From Candidatus Saccharimonadia bacterium (GTDB lineage: Bacteria > Patescibacteriota > SICC01): DNA of 49,792 nucleotides. The stretch spans positions 369,344 to 419,135 of the forward strand of contig JANWJF010000001.1 in NCBI GenBank assembly GCA_025449535.1, written 5' to 3'. The stretch's first letter is position 1, and the number at the start of each line of letters is the position of its first letter. Of this stretch, positions 19,530 through 28,291 are shown in pieces. A model generated the notes under the pieces. The model was given only the letters and a program-made list of their open reading frames with translations. It did not search any database and had not been told where the DNA came from. Both the position numbers and the translations under genes were made by a program.

Positions 19530-20861
19530 CTACTTCTTACGTACCAGCTTCTTCCATTCCTCGGCCGCGATCTCCGGCTCGTTCCACGGCTGGTTGCCGG
19601 AGCCATAGCGCATCACCAGCTGGGCGCCCTTGCCGAGGAGCGCCACGGTGTCGCCTCTCTTCGCGTGCCGGTACGCCAGGCTGATCGCCTTGCGGCGGTC
19701 CATCTCGATCTCGTATTGCTTGATACCTTTCTTCGCGCGCTTGATACCTTTGACCAACAGCGCGGTGAGTTCGTCCGGGTCGTCAGTACCGGGATCGTCC
19801 TCCGTCAGAATCATCAGGTCGGCGTACTCCGCATTCACCTCGCCGATCGGCGGGTACTTGCTCATGTCCCGGTTACCGTATGCGCCGAACACGGTGATCA
19901 GCCGTCCCTTCGTCATTTCACGAAGTGATTCCAACACGATGCGGTACGAGTCCGGCGTAGTGGCGAAGTCGACGATGATCTCGAACGGCTGACCGGCTTC
20001 CACCCGCTCCATCCGCCCCGGGACGACCTTCACCGCGTCCACGCCGGCGGCAATCGCCTTCGGCTGCACGCCGTACGCCAAGCCGACGGAGGCCGCGCCC
20101 AGTACGTTCGACACGTTGAACGTCCCGGGCAAGTGCGTCCTAAGCTTGAGTGGCTCGTCGTTCCGGGCCGTGAACGCCGTGCCGTCCGGCCGCGGCTGCA
20201 CGTCCTCCGCCACCACCGTCCGGGCCAGCGGGTGGGCGTCGCGGACCTCCGACTTCGTACCGTAGACATACTTAGTGTCCGCGAAGAACTCCAGGAAGTA
20301 CGGCGCCTCCTTGTCGTCGCCGTTCACGATCGACGTACTGTGCTCCGCCCGGCGCAGCCTGGCGAAGAGCTTGCCCTTGGCGTTCCGGTACTCCGTCATG
20401 CTGTTCCCATGCAGCTCCATATGTTCCTTGCTGAGGTTCGTGAAGACGGCCGTCTCGAACGGGATGCCCCAGACCCGGAACTGGTTGAGTGCCTGCGAGG
20501 TCACCTCGATGACCACATGGGTACAACCGGCGTCCACCATGCGGCGGAGCAGCTTCGGATTGGCAAGTCTCCCGAGGGTGGTCAGACTGGTCTTGTTACG
20601 GGTCTCTTCGTCTCCGACCTTCATCACGACTCCCGAGATCAGCCCTACCTTGTGGCCGCCCGCCTCCAGTACCTTCGCGGCCAAGTACGACGTGGTCGAC
20701 TTTCCCTTGGTGCCGGTGATGCCGATTACCTTGAGGTTACGGCCGGGAAACCGGTAGATCAGGTTACCGAGCAGTGCCCATCCGAAGTGGTACGGCACCC
20801 GGACCGCACCCAGGACCGGGTCGGGAATCGCTTTGCGGATCGGCGCGAGGATTCTCTCCAT
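19530..20861 (-). CDS. murE: MurE-family Mur ligase (UDP-MurNAc-tripeptide synthetase)
   Basis: GITGTKGKSTT, IEVTSQAL, FTNLSKEH, PGRME, LLGKG; atypical amino-acid pocket (EDDP, DFATTPD). Confidence 0.88.
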   Translation of the reverse strand: MERILAPIRKAIPDPVLGAVRVPYHFGWALLGNLIYRFPGRNLKVIGITGTKGKSTTSYLAAKVLEAGGHKVGLISGVVMKVGDEETRNKTSLTTLGRLANPKLLRRMVDAGCTHVVIEVTSQALNQFRVWGIPFETAVFTNLSKEHMELHGNSMTEYRNAKGKLFARLRRAEHSTSIVNGDDKEAPYFLEFFADTKYVYGTKSEVRDAHPLARTVVAEDVQPRPDGTAFTARNDEPLKLRTHLPGTFNVSNVLGAASVGLAYGVQPKAIAAGVDAVKVVPGRMERVEAGQPFEIIVDFATTPDSYRIVLESLREMTKGRLITVFGAYGNRDMSKYPPIGEVNAEYADLMILTEDDPGTDDPDELTALLVKGIKRAKKGIKQYEIEMDRRKAISLAYRHAKRGDTVALLGKGAQLVMRYGSGNQPWNEPEIAAEEWKKLVRKK

Positions 20862-20865
20862 GCGG

Positions 20866-21432
20866 TCATTCTACCGGGTATTCGAAGTGCCAGAACTCAC
20901 GCTTCACGCCGAGCTTGAATCCGACGGACAGCATCACTTCTATCAGCAAATCCTGTAAACGCTCGTATTCCCGACTGACCGGATCTTGCTTGCCTTTATA
21001 AAATCCGATCGTCTGCGCGCCTTCGTCATCGTGCTTCGGGTTTCGCATCTTCACCTGCTCGCCGGTTTCTGGATCTACCAGATTCACATCGACCACTAAC
21101 CCGGACATGTGCGGCCTGTCCCTCATGTTGTAGAGTCGGTCGGTAGCAGCTTGGCCGTATACGGCGTGGCGCCTACGGTACGCCAGCTCATACAGCTCCG
21201 GAGAACGGTAGGCGTCCTTCACGATCAGCTCGTACCCATGCTCGCGGAACTTCGCGTCCGCTTCCTTGAGCGGCCCGATCACCTCCGGCCGGATGAAGAG
21301 ATCGTCGCCTTCGATCCCGACTTCCCGCAGCTCGTCCTCGCTCATCTTGAGCTCGTGCCGAAAGTGCCAATAGTAGTTCCAGACGCGGAGTCCGGAACCC
21401 CTGAGGCTGACCAGCTTCGGCGGTGTCGCCAT
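20866..21432 (-). CDS. D-Ala-D-Ala dipeptidase-like M15 metallopeptidase (VanX/DdpX family)
   Basis: DAYR, PHMSGLVVD (HxxGxxxD) and EFWHFEY motifs. Confidence 0.85.
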   Translation of the reverse strand: MATPPKLVSLRGSGLRVWNYYWHFRHELKMSEDELREVGIEGDDLFIRPEVIGPLKEADAKFREHGYELIVKDAYRSPELYELAYRRRHAVYGQAATDRLYNMRDRPHMSGLVVDVNLVDPETGEQVKMRNPKHDDEGAQTIGFYKGKQDPVSREYERLQDLLIEVMLSVGFKLGVKREFWHFEYPVE

Positions 21433-21448
21433 GCCGCTATTCTAACCC

Positions 21449-22498
21449 TTACCGGCCGGAGCGCTTCGCCAGCTTCCGCCGGACGCGGTCGGCGTTCGTG
21501 AACAGGAAGTATTCCACCGGCCGGAACACGTAGTCCCGCGCGCCAACCAGGTTCGTCTGGCCCCCGCCGAACTTCAGCTTGAATTGGCGGAGTCCCGCCC
21601 ACGCGTCGTTCTGGTCGTCCGTCGACGCGATGCCGGTCATGTTATAGAACGTACAGCCGCGTCGACGAGCCTCTTCCATGCCGGACCACTGGATCAGGTA
21701 ACTGGCGTAGAGATTCCGGTCGGCCTGCGTGGACCCGCCATAGAGGTAGACCGCCTCATCACCGAAGAACGTCACCAGGGTCGCGGCCACCGGCTCGTTG
21801 TTGTGCGAGGCGATAAAGAACGTCGCGTCGTCGTGTTCCTGCATCAGGTACTTACGGAACAGCTCGTAGTACCACTTCTCACGATAAGTGATCCCTTGCC
21901 GCTTGGCCGTCTCTTCGAGGAGCATATAGAACTGGTCCAGTTCCTTCTGGCCGGTACCCTTGCGGACCTTCACGCCGTGCTTCACCGCCTTACGGACGTT
22001 GTAGCGGCCCTTCTGCTTGAAGCTCACGAAGATATCCTCGGGATCCGGCCGAAGGTCGACCTCGCTGACCACCGCGGCCTGGACGTCCTCGGGACTGTCC
22101 CGGAAGCCGGCTTCCGCCAACCAGTCCGTCGGGAACTCCTCCACCGCGAAGTGCGGATCGACCTTCACGAAGACCGTCTTGTCCTCGTGCGCCCGCTCTT
22201 CCAAGTGCGCGACGAACTCCTTGAGCGCTTCCCGGTTCTTGGCATCCTTCCAATCGCCGTCCTTCACGACCGGTCCTTCCGGCACGTAGTAGAAGCCGTA
22301 GCCGCCGGGCAGGGCCTTCCGCATCACCACGGCCTGGAGCCGGGTCTGCTTGCCGTCGCGGATACCGACGTAACTGACGTCCCATTCCATCTCCTGACGG
22401 AACCGGCCCCACTCGTAACTTTGCAGCACGCCGCCGCGATTCTCGCGCGCGAACTTGTTCCACGCCCCCTTGGCCCGGCTGAGGTCTTCTACCTGCAT
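21449..22498 (-). CDS. FemABX/FemX-family peptidoglycan bridge aminoacyltransferase
   Basis: LQSYEWGRFR, YVPEGPV, KGRYNVRKAVKHGV, YLYGGS, GLRQFKLKFGG. Confidence 0.92.
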   Translation of the reverse strand: MQVEDLSRAKGAWNKFARENRGGVLQSYEWGRFRQEMEWDVSYVGIRDGKQTRLQAVVMRKALPGGYGFYYVPEGPVVKDGDWKDAKNREALKEFVAHLEERAHEDKTVFVKVDPHFAVEEFPTDWLAEAGFRDSPEDVQAAVVSEVDLRPDPEDIFVSFKQKGRYNVRKAVKHGVKVRKGTGQKELDQFYMLLEETAKRQGITYREKWYYELFRKYLMQEHDDATFFIASHNNEPVAATLVTFFGDEAVYLYGGSTQADRNLYASYLIQWSGMEEARRRGCTFYNMTGIASTDDQNDAWAGLRQFKLKFGGGQTNLVGARDYVFRPVEYFLFTNADRVRRKLAKRSGR

Positions 22499-22506
22499 AC
22501 CGTACT

Positions 22507-22526
22507 AGGATAGCAGCCGCTATCCT
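22507..22526. promoter_or_regulatory. Palindromic back-to-back -10 elements for divergent femX and tsaD
   Basis: AGGATAGC-agcc-GCTATCCT places TATCCT 8 nt before the femX ATG and 6 nt before the tsaD GTG. Confidence 0.65.
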
Positions 22527-22532
22527 GATGGG

Positions 22533-23600
22533 GTGGATATCCTCGCCATCGAGACCTCCTGCGACGAAACCGCGGCCGCGGTGGTAACGGACGGCCACGA
22601 CGTCCGGTCCAACGTCGTCAGCTCGCAGATCGACGTGCACCGGGTCACCGGCGGCGTGGTGCCGGAAGTCGCCGCCCGGCTGCAGCTGGAGACGATTGTC
22701 CCGGTCGTCGAGAAGGCGCTGGCGGACGCCCAGGCGGACTGGACCTCGATCGACGCGATCGCGGTCACCGCAGGTCCCGGGTTGGTCGGCTCGTTGATCG
22801 TCGGCCTGGAGACGGCCAAGGCGCTGGCGCTCGCCAAGGACAAACCCCTGATCCCCGTGAACCACCTGGCCGGACACCTCTACGCGTGTCTGCTTCCCCG
22901 TCATTCCCGCGAAGGCGGGAATCGGTCACGGGCGGCAACTGATCCTCGGGTCAAGCCCGAGGACGACGGTTTTTCGTTCCCGTACCTCGGCATGGTCGTG
23001 TCCGGCGGCCACACCGAGTTCGTGCTGATGCGCGGCCATCATGACTTCGAACTCGTCGGCTCGACCCGCGACGACGCGGCCGGCGAGGCGTTCGACAAGG
23101 TCGGCAAGCTGCTCGGCCTGCCATACCCGGCCGGTCCGGAGATCTCTAAGCTGGCGGAACGCGGCGATCCGAAGGCGTACGCCTTCCCCCGGGCGATGCT
23201 CGACCAGGACAATTTCGATGTCTCGTTCTCCGGCCTGAAGACGGCGGTCCGCCAGACGGTCGAAGGCAAGGAACTCTCGAAGCAGGGGCTCGCGGACGTC
23301 TGCGCGTCCTTCGAGGCCGCGGTCGTAGACGCGCTCGTCACCAAGGCCGTCCGGGCGGTCCGGGCGACCAAGCCGGCGGCCGTCCTGCTCGGCGGCGGGG
23401 TCGCGGCCAACCGACGGCTCCGCGAATCACTTACGGCGAAGCTGGACGTGCCGGCCCTTCTGACCCCGCCCGAGTTCGCCACCGACAACGCCGCGATGAT
23501 CGGCATCGCGGCCTACTGGATGCGGGACGGGGCGCTCAGCGGCGACGCGCGGTTCGCCGTTCCCGCCGACCCGTCGCTCGGCCTTTCAGCCACGCGGTGA
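22533..23600 (+). CDS. tsaD: tRNA N6-adenosine threonylcarbamoyltransferase
   Basis: ILAIETSCDETAAA, GGVVPEVAAR, GPGL, VSGGHT, DDAAGEAFDK, SFSGLK, TDNAAMI. Confidence 0.98.
   Translation: MDILAIETSCDETAAAVVTDGHDVRSNVVSSQIDVHRVTGGVVPEVAARLQLETIVPVVEKALADAQADWTSIDAIAVTAGPGLVGSLIVGLETAKALALAKDKPLIPVNHLAGHLYACLLPRHSREGGNRSRAATDPRVKPEDDGFSFPYLGMVVSGGHTEFVLMRGHHDFELVGSTRDDAAGEAFDKVGKLLGLPYPAGPEISKLAERGDPKAYAFPRAMLDQDNFDVSFSGLKTAVRQTVEGKELSKQGLADVCASFEAAVVDALVTKAVRAVRATKPAAVLLGGGVAANRRLRESLTAKLDVPALLTPPEFATDNAAMIGIAAYWMRDGALSGDARFAVPADPSLGLSATR
22899..22968. repeat. In-frame palindromic element (RPE/REP/dRS3-like) inside tsaD
   Basis: CGTCATTCCCGC-GAAG-GCGGGAATC ... GATCCTCGGG-TCAAG-CCCGAGGACGACG; two hairpins with CGTC/GACG ends; encodes RHSREGGN...DPRVKPEDD. 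Confidence 0.8.
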
Positions 23601-25566
23601 TCCGGCGACGGTTGCCGAGCAGGACGGCCAGACCGATCAGGCCCAGGACCGAGACGGTCCACGACCCGCGCACCCAGCCGGGCGGTTCATAGGAGACCGT
23701 CAGCTCCTTGGCGACCACCGGCTCCGTAAGCGTGAGTTGGTCGTTCGAGTCGCCGGTCCGGACCTCCTCCTTGCCGCTGCGGACGACGAGCCAGGGGTGG
23801 TAGCTGACCGCCAACGCGGTATCGCGGCCGATCGTCACCGGACGGTCGAACTTCAGACGGTATGTGCCACGGGCGAACTCCGCGGAGGTAAGCGCGGTCC
23901 CGGCGTCCGGCGGCAGCCCGAACGGCCGGTCGAAGCCCCGCACCTCGTACAGCGAGAAAATACGCCCCTTCCAGGCCGGGCGGAGCCATTCCTGCGCGTC
24001 GAGCGCGCCGCGCGTCAGCGGGAAGGTGCTGATTACGTATTTGATGCCGCGGCGACGCAGGTATTCCTCCTGGGAACCCAGGTACGGACCGTTCCCCAGG
24101 GTCGAGGCGATCAGCACCGGTCGGGCTGATCCCTTGGTCCCTTCCGGGAAGTTGCCGTCCAGGTCCCAGACGCCGGGCAGCTCGCGCGGCAGTCGCTGGT
24201 TCGCGAAATGCGGCGAGCCCACGAAGTACCGCGACTCCCAGTTGAACTCGGACAGCACGAACTCGCCCGGGCCGATCCGCCGTTCCAGCTGCCCGGCCAG
24301 TTCCTGCAGCTCCGCCGTCGGCTGGTTGTCGACCACCCGGATGAAACCCGCCTTCTCCCGGAGCGTCGGCAGGACGAAGAAGTTCGCGAGTAGGACGACC
24401 GCGGAGAGCGACGCGGCGATTCCCACCGGCCGGTACCGGCGCGGCAAGCGCGCCAGCAGCGCCAGGGCGCCGGCGACCCCGAACGCGGCGAGCACCATCA
24501 TCAGCAGCGCGAAGAAGGCATGGAAGCGGATGAACTGGCTGGAGCCGACGACGCCGCCGAACGGCAACAGGCCGTTGATCGCGTTGATGGAAAGCAGCAG
24601 CGTGAGCGCTCCGGTTCCCAGGAAAAAGCCGAGCTCCCGGAACCGGCGGCGGAACCAGAGGTACGCCAATCCGCCGACCGCCAGCACGGACAGAGGCCAG
24701 CCGCCGGAATCCTGGGACAGCAGCAACCCCCTGAGAATCTCTCCCGCCGGCAGCTGTTGGATCGCGCCGGTCTCGCCCATGCCGTCGAAGCTGCCGAGCA
24801 GCGGGATCCACCAATAGGCGGACAGCACCAGGCCAAGGCCGAGCACCAGGCCGTATCGCTTGAGGACCGGTACGACGTCCTTCCAGCGCCTGCCCCAGGC
24901 CGCGCAGACGACGAGCACCACCGACGCCAACAGGAACCAGTACGTGGAGAACGTGTGAGCCAGGACCAGCAGCCCGAAGACCAGGCCGGTCACGACCAGG
25001 TCCGAGGTGCCGCGAAGGTCGAAGAGATCGCGCTTCAGACGGCCGAGTGTCCAGATCGCCAGGACGAAGCCGAGTCCGTTCGGCAGCAGGCCGACGCCGT
25101 ACAGCGCCCCGAGGCCGATCCCGAACGAGGCGTTCAACGAGAGCAGCAGGCCGCTCCCGAGCGCCGCCGGCAGTCGCTCCAATGAGAAGCTGCGCAGCAA
25201 GTAGTATGTCGCGGGCAGCAGCCCGACCCAGAGCGCCGCCGTGAACAGGCGCAGCGCGAACTCCGGATGGAAGACGTACGTCAGCGGACCGAGCAGATAG
25301 TACAGCAGGGGCGGATAGTACTGAAAGAGCCCGAATCCGCCGTGCCAGGTCGGGAACCAACCATCGAGCTGGCCGTGGGCCAGCAGTTCCTTGGCGAAGT
25401 ACTCCGCCTTGAGCAGGTGCCCGCCGGCGTCCCAGGCCGCCAGATAGCCGTTGCCGTCCAGGGAGGGCCAGACCGTCGAGACCATGATCACCCCGACGAC
25501 CGTCAGGATCGCGTAGGCGAGGAGTTGTTCGAACGTGAAGCGCTTCTTGGAGAGGCTGATCGGCAC
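23536..25566 (-). CDS. Polytopic membrane protein, GT-C glycosyltransferase-like (PTPS-related/YfhO-like)
   Basis: WDAGGH, WFPTWHGGFGLFQYYPPL, about 12 TM, C-terminal SYHPW extracellular domain and final TM; 3' end overlaps the tsaD 3' end. Confidence 0.8.
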   Translation of the reverse strand: MPISLSKKRFTFEQLLAYAILTVVGVIMVSTVWPSLDGNGYLAAWDAGGHLLKAEYFAKELLAHGQLDGWFPTWHGGFGLFQYYPPLLYYLLGPLTYVFHPEFALRLFTAALWVGLLPATYYLLRSFSLERLPAALGSGLLLSLNASFGIGLGALYGVGLLPNGLGFVLAIWTLGRLKRDLFDLRGTSDLVVTGLVFGLLVLAHTFSTYWFLLASVVLVVCAAWGRRWKDVVPVLKRYGLVLGLGLVLSAYWWIPLLGSFDGMGETGAIQQLPAGEILRGLLLSQDSGGWPLSVLAVGGLAYLWFRRRFRELGFFLGTGALTLLLSINAINGLLPFGGVVGSSQFIRFHAFFALLMMVLAAFGVAGALALLARLPRRYRPVGIAASLSAVVLLANFFVLPTLREKAGFIRVVDNQPTAELQELAGQLERRIGPGEFVLSEFNWESRYFVGSPHFANQRLPRELPGVWDLDGNFPEGTKGSARPVLIASTLGNGPYLGSQEEYLRRRGIKYVISTFPLTRGALDAQEWLRPAWKGRIFSLYEVRGFDRPFGLPPDAGTALTSAEFARGTYRLKFDRPVTIGRDTALAVSYHPWLVVRSGKEEVRTGDSNDQLTLTEPVVAKELTVSYEPPGWVRGSWTVSVLGLIGLAVLLGNRRRITAWLKGRATGRRERRTARRR

Positions 25567-25572
25567 TCGTTA

Positions 25573-25599
25573 ATGATACAGGCGCGAGAGCGGTATCAT
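25573..25599. promoter_or_regulatory. Divergent -10 pair (TATCAT on both strands) for the GT-C gene and valS
   Basis: ATGATAC...GTATCAT inverted repeat; TATCAT 6 nt before GTG 25566 (-) and 7 nt before GTG 25607 (+). Confidence 0.6.
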
Positions 25600-25606
25600 G
25601 GAACAC

Positions 25607-28291
25607 GTGAGCCAGCAGAAGGAACTCCCCAAGACGTATGACCCTACCGCCCACGAGGACGCAGTCTACGCGGCGTGGGAGCGGTCCGACGCGTTCAAGC
25701 CGGCCTCGGACAGCGGAAAGCAGGCGGACAAGGACCGCCGCCCGTATTCGATCATCATGCCGCCGCCGAACGTGACCGATCGGCTGCACAGCGGTCACGC
25801 GATCATGCTGGCGCTGGAGGACGCGTTGGTCCGGTACCACCGCAAGCGCGGTTTCGACACGCTGTACCTGCCCGGCACCGACCATGCGGCGATCGCCACC
25901 GCCGCCCAAGTGGACAAGCGGCTCGCCGAGGAGGGCAAGACCCGCCACGACCTCGGCCGCAAGGAGTTCGAGAAGCGCACCTTGGCGTTCGCCAAGGAGA
26001 ACAAGAAGATCATCGAGAACCAGGTCCGGGCGATGGGTACGTCCTGCGACTGGACCCGCAACGCCTTCACGCTGGATCCGGAAAAGAAGGCCGCGGTGGA
26101 AGAAGCGTTCAAGCGACTCTACAAGAAGGGCCTGATCTACCGCGGCAGCTACATGGTGAACTGGTGTCCCACCTGCCGGACGGTCCTCTCCGATGACGAG
26201 GTCGAGCACAAGGAACAGGAAGGTGTGCTGTATTACATGAAGTACGGGCCGTTCACGCTCGGTACCACCCGCCCGGAAACGAAGGTCGGCGACACGGCAG
26301 TGGCGGTCCACCCTCAGGACAAGCGGTACGCGAAGTGGGTCGGCAAGGAGATCGAGGTGAAGACGATCAACGGCCCGCGGACGCTGCGCGTCCTGGCCGA
26401 CGAGATGGTCGACCCGGAGTTCGGCACCGGCGTGGTGAAGATCACGCCGTTCCACGACAAGAACGACTACGCCGTCTACGAGCGCCGGCCTGAGGAAGCC
26501 GGTCCGCCGGTCGAGGTGATCGGCGAGGACGGCAAGATGACCGTGGCCGCCGGCAAGGCCCTGGCCGGCCTCGACCGGTTCGCCGCCCGGAAGAAGATGG
26601 TCGATTGGCTGAAGCGGGAAAAGCTGCTCGTGAAGGAAGAGGTCCACAAGCATTCCGTCGGCCGTTGTTACCGCAGCGACGACGTGATCGAACCGCGCAT
26701 CTCCGAGCAGTGGTTCCTGAAGGTCGCGGACATCAAGAAGCAGGCCGCCAAGTTCGTCGCCGACGGAGACCTCAAGTTCGTGCCGGAGCGGTTCGGGAAG
26801 ACGTACCTCGACTGGCTGGAGAAACTGCACGACTGGTGCATCTCCCGGCAGGTCTGGTTCGGCCATCCGGTACCGGCCTACGTGAACGCCAAGGGCGAGG
26901 TCTCCCTGACGGCCAAGCCCGGCTACAAGAAGAGCCAGGACACGCTGGATACTTGGTTCAGCTCCGGCCTCTGGCCGTTCTCGACGATGGGCTGGCCGAA
27001 GCGGACGTCCGACTTCAAGCGGTTCTTCCCGAACGACGTCCTGGAGACCGGTTACGATATCATCTTCTTCTGGATCACCCGGATGGCGCTGATGACCGTC
27101 GCCTTGGACGTGCGCGACGAGAAGACCGGCGACCTGAAGCCACCGTTCCACACGGCGTACCTGCACGGCCTGGTCCGCGACCAGCGCGGTCGCAAGTTCT
27201 CGAAGTCGCTGGGCAATGGCGTCGACCCGCTGGAGATGATCGGCAAGTACGGCGCGGACGCGCTGCGCTGGATGCTCGCGACCTCGGCCTCGCCCGGCAA
27301 CGATCTCAAGTTCGACGAGCAGCGCCTCGTGAAGTCCCGGAACTTCACCAACAAGCTTTGGAACATCTCCCGCTACGTGATCGAACGGACGGACGGCGAC
27401 GCCGACCTCGCCAAGCTCGACCCGGACACCCTGACCTCGCTGGACCGCGGCATCTTGCACAAGCTGTACCGGACGGCGCAGACGGTCGATGCCGCGTTCA
27501 CCGATCCGGCGACGTACGACAAGCCGGGCAAGACGCCGGAGCCGGTCACTCCCAAGCGATTGGCCAAGCCGTACGACCTCGGGTTCGCCGGCAACGCGCT
27601 GTATGAGTTCGTCTGGTCCGACTTCGCGGACTGGTACCTCGAGGCTGCCAAGGTCCAGCTGAGGAACCCCGAGGCGGCCGCGAACACGAAGCTCATCCTC
27701 CGGTACGTCCTCGAGACGATCCTCGGCCTGCTGCATCCGTTCATGCCGTTCGTCACCGAAGTGGTCTGGCGGGACGGACTCGGCAAGAAGAACGCGCTGA
27801 TCACCAGCCCGTGGCCGGCGGTCCATGAGGACCTCGACCAGCCTGAGGACGGTGAGCGGTCCGACCGCGTCCGCGAGGTGATCGAGACGATCCGGCGGAT
27901 CCGGGCCCAGCACAAGACGCCGGCCGCCTCGTTCGTACAGGCCTACGTCGTCACGGACGAACCGGCCTGGGTAGTGGAATCCGGAGACGTGATCAACAAG
28001 CTGGCCCGGGTGTCGATCCTCCGGGTCGGGCAGAACCCGCCGACCGGGGACGTGGCCTCAGCCGCCGTCGGGGACGCGACCGTGGTGCTGCCGCTGGCCG
28101 GATTGGGCAGCGACGTCGCGGCCGCGCATTTGCAGCGGGAAGTCGAGGCCAAGAGAATGGAGGTAGAGCGGCTCAAGGGGCGGCTCGCAAACGAGGATTA
28201 TGTCCAAAACGCGCCGGAACACGTCGTCGCCGAGACGAAGGCCCAGCTCGCCGAAGCCGAAGCGGCCCTCGCCAAGCTCGAAGCGTCCTGA
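25607..28291 (+). CDS. valS: Valine--tRNA ligase
   Basis: PPPNVT..LHSGH, PGTDHA, TTRPET, FGTGVVKITP, DWCISRQ, LDTWFSS, KFSKS, C-terminal coiled coil. GTG 25607 preferred over ATG 25598. Confidence 0.99.
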   Translation: MSQQKELPKTYDPTAHEDAVYAAWERSDAFKPASDSGKQADKDRRPYSIIMPPPNVTDRLHSGHAIMLALEDALVRYHRKRGFDTLYLPGTDHAAIATAAQVDKRLAEEGKTRHDLGRKEFEKRTLAFAKENKKIIENQVRAMGTSCDWTRNAFTLDPEKKAAVEEAFKRLYKKGLIYRGSYMVNWCPTCRTVLSDDEVEHKEQEGVLYYMKYGPFTLGTTRPETKVGDTAVAVHPQDKRYAKWVGKEIEVKTINGPRTLRVLADEMVDPEFGTGVVKITPFHDKNDYAVYERRPEEAGPPVEVIGEDGKMTVAAGKALAGLDRFAARKKMVDWLKREKLLVKEEVHKHSVGRCYRSDDVIEPRISEQWFLKVADIKKQAAKFVADGDLKFVPERFGKTYLDWLEKLHDWCISRQVWFGHPVPAYVNAKGEVSLTAKPGYKKSQDTLDTWFSSGLWPFSTMGWPKRTSDFKRFFPNDVLETGYDIIFFWITRMALMTVALDVRDEKTGDLKPPFHTAYLHGLVRDQRGRKFSKSLGNGVDPLEMIGKYGADALRWMLATSASPGNDLKFDEQRLVKSRNFTNKLWNISRYVIERTDGDADLAKLDPDTLTSLDRGILHKLYRTAQTVDAAFTDPATYDKPGKTPEPVTPKRLAKPYDLGFAGNALYEFVWSDFADWYLEAAKVQLRNPEAAANTKLILRYVLETILGLLHPFMPFVTEVVWRDGLGKKNALITSPWPAVHEDLDQPEDGERSDRVREVIETIRRIRAQHKTPAASFVQAYVVTDEPAWVVESGDVINKLARVSILRVGQNPPTGDVASAAVGDATVVLPLAGLGSDVAAAHLQREVEAKRMEVERLKGRLANEDYVQNAPEHVVAETKAQLAEAEAALAKLEAS

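Noticed and set aside
20866..21432. VanX-like gene as a vancomycin resistance cluster
   Set aside because: No vanA/vanH/vanRS nearby; stand-alone D,D-dipeptidases are widespread.
23687..27913. 1408-aa minus-strand ORF
   Set aside because: Antisense shadow of valS plus an off-frame read of the GT-C gene; a typical high-GC artefact with no domain signal.
25607..28291. ValRS HSGH/KFSKS variants and the loop insertion TDPATYDKPGKTPEPVTPKR as an intein or mobile insert
   Set aside because: Too short, with no intein termini or palindrome; ordinary lineage variation.
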